A stretch of 53,603 bases of DNA, the filler included, from Bipalium vagum (Eukaryota), in NCBI GenBank assembly GCA_037834085.1. It is 2 parts of 2 records of this genome, joined end to end, with 100 filler letters (N's around TTAATTAATTAA, not from the genome) between each part and the next. Parts side by side here need not be neighbours in the genome. Positions count along the whole stretch, not along the records: positions 1 to 30,688 come from JBBMKC010267353.1; positions 30,789 to 53,603 come from JBBMKC010216247.1. One strand, 5' to 3'. The position numbers were made by a program, and so were the translations under genes. The number at the start of each line of letters is the position of its first letter. The first letter of the stretch is position 1. Under the pieces are notes generated by a model, which was not told the origin of the DNA, searched no databases, and was given only the letters and a program-made list of their open reading frames with translations. Of this stretch, positions 25,011 to 36,752 are shown piece by piece.

Positions 25011-25619
25011 TATTAATGTAAAGATTTAATAATGAAATCGATAGATTAATCTGTCTTTTTGGAATACTTTTTTAGAGAATTTATTTTCAATCGTTGACAT
25101 TGTTTTCTACTTAACATCATCAGACTTATTTTTATAAAAATGAATGTTGGTTATTAGTTGGAGTAAATACAAAGATAGAAATGTTCAAATTGAATAAAAA
25201 TTTAAAATTATAAATCCTTCAATGGAGACCATTCAGGAATCACTCTATTTACTGCTTCATTAGTAAGAAAAGATGTTAGAAGATTAAAAGTAAAAATTAG
25301 TGAGAAGAAAAAAATCGAAAGAAACTATGGTGTCTATGTTACATTAAGTTGTTTGGAAAGTAATTGTATTTTTGGAAAGTATATATTTTCTTCATATCTT
25401 AAGGCAATAAAAATAATTTTTAATTATTATCGCATTATAGATTTGTTACCCCGAATTTATGCCTCTTGTTTTATTTAATCATCTCAAGGTCATTTGGTTA
25501 CCAACAAAAATTTTAATTCGATAAAATTATTTTATTTTATATAAATTTTAATTTCCAAAACTCATCAATTATGAACAAAGATTTAAATTTCTTAAGCTTA
25601 TCAAAAAACGTAAAGATAA

Positions 25620-26000
25620 GAAAAGCAGTATTGAAATTTTGCAATATTATGGAATTCTTTACAACAAATATCTTTGTCGACACAACATTATCAGTGTCAG
25701 AAAAGCAAGACCCATGGAGATGTCAACAAGTTGTCTGTTAACAAGATATTTCAGTACAAAAAAATAAATATAGAAGTGAAGAGGAGTGAAGTCTGGTGAA
25801 CGTGGAGCCCATCGAATTGAACCACCTCTTCCAAGATACCATCTTACTTTTGTTGAAAAATGCGCAGGAGCTCTATCTTATTGAAAACCAGAAACCGTAC
25901 TTTGCACATTTTCTTCACTTCAAACATAAAATAGTCTTGAAGCATTGATAAATAATTTTGGCCATTAACAGTTTCATCTTCAAAGAAATAGCATATAAAA
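25620..26000 (-). mobile_element. rosa/DD41D-like Tc transposase fragment
   Basis: FQ*DRAPAHFSTKVRWYLGRGGSIRWAPRSPDFTPL, matching the QQDGAPAH..WPPRSPDLTP motifs. Confidence 0.7.
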
Positions 26001-26146
26001 CAAATTTCATTTAATATTACTGAGGATAATTATACGTACAATGGCATTTATCTTCTAACTTATAATATTCAAAAAACTGTCATCTTTAGTGAAATTATAA
26101 ATTTTTTTATTTAAAATAAGTAAATCAAACAAAATGATTAGATGTG

Positions 26147-26349
26147 TAGGATCTTTTACCTTCCCCCCAATTATTATCTTTTCTCTCCCACCCAATAAAA
26201 ATCTTTTCCTTTTTTCCCCCAATAAAAATATTAAATTAAACCTGTTTCTTTTCATTTTCAACTACCTCTAGATATCTGTTTGACGGTTCATGATTGGTAG
26301 CTGCAATTCCAAATACCCATATTTCGTGGGGAAAAAGGTAAAGATCCTA
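26147..26349. mobile_element. About 200-bp MITE
   Basis: Inverted repeats taggatcttttacctt / aaggtaaaagatccta, flanked by TA, no ORF. Confidence 0.75.
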
Positions 26350-26449
26350 TGTGTGTAATAAAACAAATAAATAAATTCGAGGTAGCTAATGTATATATTT
26401 TTTTGGAGTCACAAATGTGATTAATATTTTCTAAATACTTTCCTCAGGA

Positions 26450-26947
26450 ATTAATCCCAAAACAGGACAATAAAAAATTGAGTATTTAATGTCAACTTTT
26501 TGCAAATTCTCACAATGTGTTTCATAAAAAGAACCGTATCGTGTGACGAAAAGTAGATCTACTATAAGAATCCAGAAATAACAAAACAATATATTCAGTA
26601 ATTACAACCTGCAAAACAAATACCAGAAAAGCTGCTTCGATGAAAAGCAATGCTATGTGTTTGGTGGAACTATGGAAGATTAATGTATTTCTAGGTAATT
26701 CATGAAGATGACCTATTTCACAAACCAATCGATAGAATATATGCGGTTGAGTCAACAGTATAAACAATCAAAAGATTTATTCTTCAACAAGCTTGTCGGA
26801 AATTCTTTGCATCCAAGGATATGAACTGGTACAAAGATAGTCTCTTATGGCTTGTTGAAAGATGGTTGAATAAAATTCATTCTTATAAATTTTGTATTCA
26901 GCAACAATATTATACTAAAATTTCCAGAAACTTATGGGACAACCTAA
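26450..26947 (+). mobile_element. Internally deleted mariner with 3' TIR
   Basis: KAMLCVWWN, FFASKDMNWY..LVERW and terminal aacttatgggacaacctaa (mariner-type TIR). Confidence 0.75.
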
Positions 26948-27621
26948 CAATAAGTTTAGTCAGAGATTCAGATTTCATATATTATTATCTATCTGCTTCA
27001 TTTTCACATCTAATTACAAACAGTGATCTCCAAAGATAATTTTGAGTTATTAAAGTAAATAACAGCTCTTCAAATAAGTTTTTGATTTTATTATGGAGTG
27101 GTGTAGCTATTGAATGACGATTATCATTAGTCTTTCAAACATTTCAAAACGGTGAATAAATCATGAAAAATATTAAAAAATAAAACTGTTGACTGAAATA
27201 AATATGAGATTATACTGAATGTTTCTTACTCTCAGTTAAAAATATCAAGATGAACTCATAAATACAGCAAATCTTTACTTAATCGAAAGATTTATTGTTG
27301 CTTCTATATATATGATTAATCTTTTACATATTATATAATAGTGGGATCAAAATAATTTTATACCAAGATAAAAATAATAAATCGCTCAATTTCTGATTTC
27401 AGAATAGATTATAGAAAAATTATTTATAAGTAGTTTTATGAAAATTGTTTTATATTATATTTATTTATATATTTAAACTATGTCAAAGATTTAAGTTTGA
27501 CTGAGCTTTCAATATCTATAACAGACAGATTATAATCAATTTTAGTTGTTTTGATAAATACATGAAAAATACCACTGATTTGTATTTTGTTTTAATCTCT
27601 TCCAAAGTTGCTGATAATATT

Positions 27622-27762
27622 NNNNNNNNNNNNNNNNNNNNNNNNNNNNNNNNNNNNNNNNNNNNNNNNNNNNNNNNNNNNNNNNNNNNNNNNNNNNNNN
27701 NNNNNNNNNNNNNNNNNNNNNNNNNNNNNNNNNNNNNNNNNNNNNNNNNNNNNNNNNNNNNN
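27622..27762. other. Assembly gap
   Basis: Run of N. Confidence 1.
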
Positions 27763-28134
27763 ATTATAATCACTTTTATTATTATTATTATTGGTATTAG
27801 TATTATATTAATGAGTGTTAGTAAAAAGTAATTCAATAATAAATAAACATTTACTTTTATGCAATATTTTTCTTTTAAAATTTCTGCTTTTCTTTCTGTA
27901 ATATTAAAATAATATTTTTGGTATTTTTTGAGTAATCAAATAGCAAAATTTCTCTTTTATGATAAATAACACATTGCTAGATGAAATAGGGGTTCCATAA
28001 TGGTTTACTTAAGCTTAGTTTAATCTTATTTAAAGATTAAAAATGGAAAATAATAAAATGTTTTTAGATATAAAATATACTATTATTTTTGGAAAGATGA
28101 ATCTCCTACATATCATAATATACCGGATAATGAA

Positions 28135-30511
28135 AATCGAACTCGTTTAATATCACGTCGGATAATATCATGACCCGTTTAATGTCATGGTGCACTGAAA
28201 ACCAATTGCCAATCGGTATGTAAATTTAAGGTTGAAATTCGGTTTGCTCCCGTTTTGTTTACATGGGTCAAACCGAAGGTCACAAGTATTTAATTTTATT
28301 TTCATCGTTTCTCCATGATTTTTAGCATTCATATTCTTCTTCTAAGGTTAATGGTTCTGAATTAGTCAATTTTTGTAGCTCTTCAGATTTCATCCAATTG
28401 TTATACTTTTCAACATGAAAATTTTCATATGGAACTAGGTCCAGATTGTCAGTTTCTAAATATGTAAATTTAAAAGATCTAAAAATTTGGGAATTGATAG
28501 ATAGAATTGATACTAAAATTTAAATATAAATTTTGATAATACAATCTCTATTTAGACTTACATTGCGAGGTTTTTCGAAAAATATTTTTGAATTTTTAAA
28601 AATTCTAAACATTTACTGATTAAATTATTGTATTTAAACAAAACGGGAGTAAACCGAATTTACTCCAAATCTAATGTATTAAACTGTTTTATATCCATTC
28701 GGTTAATGTCAAAATACGGGATAATGTCACGAAAATGTGCTACCGCTTATATACTAAAACCTGAATATATCACCTTTTTCTTATTGTTTTAATAATGCAT
28801 ATTTGGAATAATTTTTAATAAATGAAATCATACAAGCTTATTATCTTTTGTTAATTTATTTAATAATTAATAATTTATGAATTTTGTCTTAAAATGACTG
28901 AAAAAAGAAAACGTACAGAAATTAAATATGAAAAATAGAAATTATTGCGTCCAGTAACAATTTGATAATATCTTTTTCAGCAGTTGCAAAGAAATTTAAT
29001 GTTGATCCATCAACAGTAAGTAAGATATTTAAAAATGAGGATAAGTTAGCGGAATTAATTTAAAACGGTAGTGCATTGGTGCTTTGGCTGTTAATTTGCC
29101 CATTAGTGGTGAAGTTTTGTGCGTAAAGGCTGATCAATATGTCAGGGATTTAAATATTAATGATTTTTCTGCTATTAATAGTTGGTTTGAAAGAAAAAAG
29201 AAACGCGACGGTAAGTCTATAAAAAATATCATGATGAAAAAGTTGATGAAAATTATTCAGTTGCCAGTGAATGGTCATCTACAGTATTAACTGAATTATT
29301 ACTCAGATATAAACCAGATGTATACAAAACGCAGAAGAAAGCAGGAATTTACTTTATACTCATACTTTTAAAGAAAGTCAACTATGTGGTGAAAAATGTC
29401 TAAGGATCGCATAACAGTGTTGATTTGTCCTAGCATGACTGGCGAAAAACGCCCTCTTTTGGTGATTGGTAAATCAAAAAACCAAACTATTTTCGTGGTA
29501 TAAAAGAGTTTCCTATTTCTTACCATAATAATGGTAATGAATGGATGACTTCTGAACTTTTGAAAGTTGGCTTCGTCAATAAGATGCAGAACTTGCTTTA
29601 AGCAAGTAAAAAATTGTTCTAATTATAGATAATTGCTCTGTACATCGCAAACTTATACTACTAATTTTCACTGAGTTAGTATTTTTAGCGCCAAATGTTT
29701 ACCTTGATTCAGCTATGTGATCAAGAAATTATACATAACTTCAGATGTAATTATCCTTTTGTTCTTAAGCTGTTAGCAATTTCGGTTCTATAGAAAATAT
29801 TTCTGCAATTAAATTGTCGTAAGATTTATTTATTGTCTTCTCTTCGTTTATTAAAAGAATCGTGGGAAATAATTAACAGTAACACTATTCAAAACGGCTT
29901 CCAAAATCCGGATCCTGTCCTGACAATGACAAGACATTACCAGATGATCCAAGTACATTTAATACAAATGACCTGGGCTTCAATTTTGAAAATTATGTTA
30001 CTATTAATCGAGCTATAGTGTGCGTAAACCATTAGAAATGCAGATATTGTAGAAGCTATTCTAGAAAAGAAGGGTAAGACTGTTAAAAAATGTGTTTGAT
30101 GACAATGATTCAGATTCAGAAACTTCTACAACAAATATTACCAAGCAAGTAGCTTTAGAATCTTTAAAAAATAATCAAACATTTTTGTCAAAGAGTGGAT
30201 TATCAAATTGGAAGCACTTTAATCAAAAAGAAAATCAAATTCATCAAACGATTTTAAAAAATGCCACGAAAATGAGCCAGTTAACACTTGATAAATGCTT
30301 TCAGGTGTCTTAATAAAATTTTGTTAAATAAAATTTAGTTTTTTTATAATTATTTTCACAGTATCAGTTATTATTCAAAAACACAACATTAACCTTATAT
30401 CAGTTATTATCCCGAAACATGATATTAACCGTTGTCCTGTTAATATCATGACCCGCTTATTATCATTGTTTTCTGTGGAACGGATGACATGATATTAAGC
30501 GGGTTTGACTG
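28135..30511 (+). mobile_element. Tigger/pogo (CENP-B-like) transposon, decayed; transposase about 28893-30313
   Basis: TIRs tcgaactcgtttaatatcac / catgatattaagcgggtttgactg-TA; MTEKRKR, NLPISGEVL, KDRITVLICPSMTGEKRPLLVIGKS, LIIDNCSVH, SQLTLDKCF. Confidence 0.88.
28221..28673. mobile_element. About 450-bp MITE nested in the Tigger 5' region
   Basis: 27-bp inverted repeat with 1 mismatch: aaattcggtttgctcccgttttgttta (28235) / taaacaaaacgggagtaaaccgaattt (28635). Confidence 0.7.
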
Positions 30512-30688
30512 TATTATTATTATTATTATTGTTGGGTTTACCAAGACACCCCCCCCGGGGAAAAATAAATAATAAAAATGATAAATAATGCATAAATATT
30601 AATAATAATATTAATATTAATAATTAAAAATTAATTAGTACTTGAAAGTCATTGAAAAATTCCCAGGAATTTTATTTTTAAAATACTT

Positions 30689-30788
30689 NNNNNNNNNNNN
30701 NNNNNNNNNNNNNNNNNNNNNNNNNNNNNNNNTTAATTAATTAANNNNNNNNNNNNNNNNNNNNNNNNNNNNNNNNNNNNNNNNNNNN
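30689..30788. other. Assembly gap with a short TTAA spacer
   Basis: N runs around ttaattaattaa. Confidence 1.
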
Positions 30789-30899
30789 GTAGATTGAACA
30801 TCTTCATTAATTAAAATACAGTGTCATTTTGATTTTAGAAAATTTTCAAAAACTTGTAATAATTTGTACAAAATTTTAATAGAAATAAAAATTGTGAAA

Positions 30900-31700
30900 A
30901 TTGTTTTGTTTGCCTTGTTTGTGATCAGTACACTACCTTAGGAGTCAGATCAAGATAAGTTATACACAACCTCACCCTTTCAAAACTTAACACCTTTATC
31001 ATACGAATCTATCCATTTAAAGGAAATGGTTTTTAATTTTTTTCCAGATACATCAAACTAGTTAATCAGAGCTTCGTTAAGTTAGAGGATGAAAATGCAA
31101 TTTGTTTTCACAAATTTTATAAATGGTGAATTTGATAAATTTTGCTAAAACGAGTGTCTCATCAAGGTTATAAATATTCTCGATTTGAATATAAAATCCA
31201 AGAATTACGTTTTTAACATAGTTGATCTCTTGATTAATTCATTATGGCAAAGTACAGAAATCTTATTCTTTCCGTATTGAAAATAAATTTCTTTCTAGAA
31301 TGAATGGACTACTCAATGACTTCCTTGGCATATTTTATGATGCTAGATTTCCCAACTATTTCACGTTAAATATGATTATTATCTTTGCGGAGTAGTAAAG
31401 AATAAAAAGTTTCTGATAAAAAGTTTCTTCTTCATCCAGGACACATGTTGCGGTATATTGAAAGTTGTTAAAATCTTCTCGTTATTTAATCATAGTTTGA
31501 GTACATTACAGTCAATCATAAAATTTTTAGATATTTTTCGTAATGATTTTTATGCATTTTATACTCGGCTATAGCTTTAATTTCGGATAATTTGATATTT
31601 TTTCTAAAAAATGTAAAAAACAAATAATTCAATCAAAAAATATTTCATATTTCCACAATTTTCGAATGATGTTTAATTAAAATTATTCATAAACCATTAA
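30900..31700 (-). mobile_element. pogo-like transposase remnant
   Basis: Minus-strand ENIYNLDET (first catalytic-Asp motif of pogo DDE); the rest is heavily decayed and the boundaries are approximate. Confidence 0.45.
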
Positions 31701-31883
31701 ATTCTCCACGGTTGGTGTTACCCCTGGAAAAAGTGAAGACATATGGGGCATAATTTCAGGTTTAGTAAACTCTTTATATTTATGTTGTTTAAATAACTAC
31801 TTTTTAAAAACTTATTTAATCTTGTTTTTATAATATTTTGTAATTTTTATTTTTAGTGTTATACAATATTCATAACTAACTTC

Positions 31884-34800
31884 ATGCCTTGTAAGCGGTT
31901 GGTTTTAATTTTTAGATTATTTAGTTAGTTGATAATTCTAGTCGATGTGAAAATGTGGTTCCAACCAATATTCCAGATTTTGATGAATTAATGAATTTTC
32001 CGTTACGTGTTGTAGTTGAAGATCGAATGGGGAATAAAAAAAGTTGATTCCAATTTTATTAATATATTAATTTTTCACAGATATGTATATGAATGCCAAG
32101 TTGAATTTAGTGGCCGAGGAAAAGAAAAAAGATTCTTTTACAAATAACACTCAAGACCAGTTATGTAACATAATTCTTAATACTGGAAAAACAAGTATTT
32201 TAAAAACACCACTTTCAAAAATAACTGCTGATAGCAACAAAGAAAATGTATTTTTAAAATCAATTTTGATTTTACTCTATTTCGTTTAGAAAAAAAAATC
32301 AGTCAGTTTTTCAGACGTCATGTTCTCTTCACCATTAGTTAAAAATCTCAACGATAAAACATTGGATTTGAGAAAGAAAACCTTAATAGAACAACTGAAG
32401 AGGTGCCAAGTAAAATTTTCACTAATTTGAAATTATAATTGAAAATGAATTTTACTAAATAACTAAATAATTATTTAATATTTTAGGAAACTCCAATTCT
32501 ACCATTGAAATGCAAAGGATTAAATAACCAAAATGATAATTCGTTATCTCAATCGGTAACATATGACATGAAGCTACAATTAAGTGGGGCATCGCTGTTT
32601 TCTCATGAAACGGAAATTTCTTTGGTAATCATTCAGTTTAGTAAAAGTCTAATTGGTCAATGATCTTTGTCAAATTGATTTTTTCATTACCAATTATTAA
32701 TAATTGAAATTTATTGTTTTTATTAATTTATCGATATTTAATTGTTAAACATTTTACAGTCAGATGCAAACACGTCACATGATGAAAATTCTCTGAAGGT
32801 GTGCCTTGTATTTCCTTATTTCAATTAATTACTGATCCGTGAAGGTAGTGGCAGTGGAGGACAGAAAAAGGTGGATCCTCGATCGTAAAAGACAATCCCG
32901 TTTGATCAAAAAAGCTCAGGGGGTCAACGATTCATTTTGGGTGATAACTTCAGTTGTTTTTTTCATTTATTGATCATTTTTTCTTTTATTACAGGAAGTT
33001 TTTAACGTAGAAGACGCCGAAGCCGCAGTTTTAAAACTGTGCAAAAATCAATCTATGGAAACTTTTGCAAAAATTTTCCCAATCAAGTAACAGTTTGACG
33101 TTGTATCTCGTGAAATCGTTTTAAAATATCTTACTGTCCTTTTTTCCTTAGAGATCGGAAAAATATCACAAAGTTAGGCGAGGGTTCTTTCGGAGAAGTT
33201 TTTTCATTGGTTGACAGCGACGGTGAGATTCGTGTAGTGAAGTTCGTGCCGGTTCAAGGTGACCTCTCATATAATGGTGGAGCACAAACATCATTCGATG
33301 ACATAATCTCAGAGATTGTGGTAGCAAGGTTTGTTGATCGATAATTATAATTAATATTAGATTTTATATTGTATTATTTTTGTCCACTAATTAAAAAATC
33401 TTTGTAAAATGAAAATGTAAATTTTAATCTTTTGTAATCTTTTATTTGTGGTAAATTGATTTATTAATTTACAGTAAAAGGTAGATAATAAAATTACATA
33501 AAAAATAATAATCATTAATAATAAAAATCAATAATAATTATTTTAAATAATTAATCTATCAATGATAATTATAAAAATTATAATTATTTATAATTATAAT
33601 TGTATTAATTATAAAAAATATTTAAAATTCAATATATTAATTAAATACAAAATATTTATAGCCAATGAGAATTAGAATCAGTACTACTGATAAAAATAAT
33701 CAGTATAAATTATCTAAAAAGGATAAATGTTGTAATTTAGTAATTAAATATAAAAAATCTAAAATTACAAATTTATACTGCCTCCTTATTTTTGAAATAA
33801 AATCAATAAATATACAAACAAGAATTAATTTTTTTCAATTTTCTAAACATTATTTCAATTGTCTGTCTTTTCCAATCAATTGGATAAAATTAAAATAATT
33901 ATATAGTTTTCCTTAAGTAAATCAATGAGAGATTATTTTCAGAGAACTGAGTGACATGAAAGACGGCTCGATCAATAAGTGCAGAAATTTCGTTCAAATG
34001 AAAGGGTGGGTTAATGTTGTCTGTAGTTTTTAAGTTTTTATCTAAAACTGAAAAAATTTATTTTTAAAAAGTTTTTGTGTACAACTGATTATTTATAACT
34101 GAAAACATTCCAATGTTTCATTGATTTTTTGAGAATTTAGCATCTCCATGGTAACAGGGAAATTTCCTCAATATTTTCAAAGAGAATGGGACAAGCGAAA
34201 TGCGATTAAAACGTCTGAAAACGACAATCCAAGTAAAAATATCTTTTTTTGATAATTTATGAATTATATTGATTATTGTGAAACAAAAGAAAAGTTTGGC
34301 AGCTCTCAAAAATGGGCGGTGATTCAGTTCGAGTTCGCCGGATGCCCGTTGGAAGATTTTCAGGTTTGTACATTGATCGATCGATCGACTTTTATTTTGG
34401 TAATGTTCTCATTTCATCACTTTTCTGCAGCTGGAATCTCTGGATCAGGCGTACGCGATTCTAGTTCAAACGTGTTGCGCCTTGGCCTGTGCCGAAAACT
34501 ATCTGGAATTCGAGCACAGGGACTTGCACTGTGGTAACGTTTTGATTCTGAAAAAACAGCATCAGTTGAAACCAAACGATGAGTTTATCGTTGAGGGTAA
34601 ATCGTTTAGTGTTCCTCATCACGGTATTCAGGTGACAATTATCGATTTTACGTTTTCCAGAATTAAGAAAGGTACTCTATCAATTTTTTACCATTGATTT
34701 GCACTATTTTTTAAAAATTGATTCTCTTAATTTGAGGTACTAATTTGGTATTTACTGATATGTCCAAAGACAAGGATATTTTTCTGGGAATGGGAGACAT

Positions 34801-35096
34801 CCAATTTGATGTCTATCGACAAATGAAACATCACAACAAGTTTGGTTTATTGCTTTTTTATCATAGTTTGGACACTTTTATTCGATATATTTGTCAGAAA
34901 TGAATGGTCCAGTTTTAATCCGAAAACGAACATCTTGTGGCTCTCTTATTTGGGATGTAAATTGCTTGAAAAATTGAAATCGAATTTTTCCGGCCTGGTA
35001 ACGGAAGGAAGTAGGAAGTCTGAACTCGATCGACTTGTTCTCGATATTCAACAGTCGAAATCAGCCAATGAATTGATTAAGCGACATCTAGATTAA
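31884..35096 (+). CDS. HASPIN: Haspin serine/threonine kinase (histone H3T3 kinase), 14 predicted exons, about 539 aa
   Basis: Exons 31884-31897, 31942-32042, 32081-32247, 32290-32409, 32487-32624, 32760-32798, 32995-33086, 33152-33328, 33943-34005, 34141-34232, 34290-34363, 34431-34671, 34737-34839, 34898-35096 join in frame (1620 nt, GT-AG). Motifs KLGEGSFGEVF, SENDNP, FEHRDLHCGNVLI, IIDFTFSR, GDIQFDVYRQMK, WSSFNPKTNILWLSYL. The 5' exons are less certain. Confidence 0.93.
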
Positions 35097-36752
35097 TAAA
35101 ATTCGAATTCAGGTTCAACTATTCATTTATATACATAAAATTTTTATCAATTCTATTAGAGACAATCTATGTAAATTTATTGATTTGTCGATTTTATGTC
35201 AAGGAAAGACCCTTCGGAAAATTGTTTTCGATCAATTAGTGTGTGTGTGTGTGAATTGATTGTACAATTATTGAATATTTTTAAAATCAATTTTTTTAAA
35301 CAGTATAAATTAAGTGTCTATATCGTCTATGACAACGAAAGATTTTTATTGGAAAATCAGTTTAATAAATAAATAATAATAAATTGTGTGGTCTTTTTAA
35401 TTGGTTAAATATTTGTTCACTATTTAGTGTATCAAAGTTAAACCTGACTCCAACTTTTAGGTGGTGCAAAAATAATAACAATCAGTAAAGCAATAAAAAA
35501 CAAATATTTATAACAAACTTCACACGAAATCACAGTGATAACACAAAAGTCGTCAAACTCAAGAGAAAGAAATCACAGCAGTAATGAAACTCAATACATA
35601 CAAAAATCAAATACTCTAATTTTTAATCCGTTAATAAATAAAACGAGGAAATATTGTTGAAAACATTAAGAGACCTTCCAATAATTGACTGGTTTGAAAT
35701 TATTTTGGAAGTGGCTATGATATCAGTTAAAGTAAACAGCTTTTATAAACATCTGACAATCAAATGATAATTTAATTTAAAATTCAGTAAATATGAAAAT
35801 CATTTTTAGAAACCACATCCTAACTTTAAGCAATAAAACCTTTGCTAGCGTTAGTAAGTTAGCAATAAATAATATTTTTCTTAGATTTTTCATTTTACGG
35901 TTTTTATTTTTAACAGTAAAGGGAAAAATAAGTTTTTCAATTGTATAAAAAATACAATATCAATAATTAATTCAGACGATACTTTATCAAATGATCCCCA
36001 TAATTCGAAGCTATCAATGAAAAATATGAGTAAGTAATTGAGAAAAAAAATTATTCAATATGATTATCTTAAACAGTAATACTCTTTTCTTGTCTTTAGG
36101 TCATGTTCCGCTTGTATTCGACATGATTTCCTTTATCACACATTAGAAATTAAGCAGGATCGGGATCAGAACAAAATAATTGGAGCAAATACCAGATATG
36201 AAAATATAAAAAAAATATTCACACAATTAAATCTTAAACACAAAACTTTGAACCTTTCGATCTCAAGACTTCAGAAATATATCCTTTAAATTAGTGTACC
36301 TTAACATTAGAAGTGCGGATTAATTCAATTGATAAATTTTAAAAATTAAATGGGAATAACTTAAAGCGGCATTTAAAAAATTAGCCAAATTTCATGGGTT
36401 ATTTTTTTATTAGTGATCAGAAAAGCAACCAAAAAAATGCAAAATTTCTTAAGAATAATGCAAATTATTCAGAAAATATTTTATTTAAACATAGACAGGG
36501 ATTACAAATTTTTTTCAACTGTACCATCATTTGCTAAGGTAAAATTCACTCATGTGACTAAATACTTTTGATCGTAATTGTATTTAATTTTCAAAATTTT
36601 ATTTATATGTCAAAAAATATTATTAAATTTATTAATAATAAATTATTATTAATAAATCAATAATTATTATATACATTATTTAAAATTTCACTTTTTGATA
36701 CATATAATTTGAACAAAATTGCATTTATAATTTGCATTCTTTAGCATTAAAC

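Noticed and set aside
27516-27836. ORFs containing X runs
   Set aside because: Artefacts spanning an N gap
30514-30788. Odd C/G homopolymer (cccccccgggg) and a TTAA spacer between Ns
   Set aside because: Probably low-quality gap-edge sequence and scaffolding filler
33665-33898. 77-aa ORF
   Set aside because: Lies in an AT-rich Haspin intron and has no coding features
7074-35096. Idea that the NHL-like, giant-ORF and Haspin genes form a functional germline or mitotic cluster
   Set aside because: Only adjacency supports it; the genes are separated by many TEs and no expression data are available
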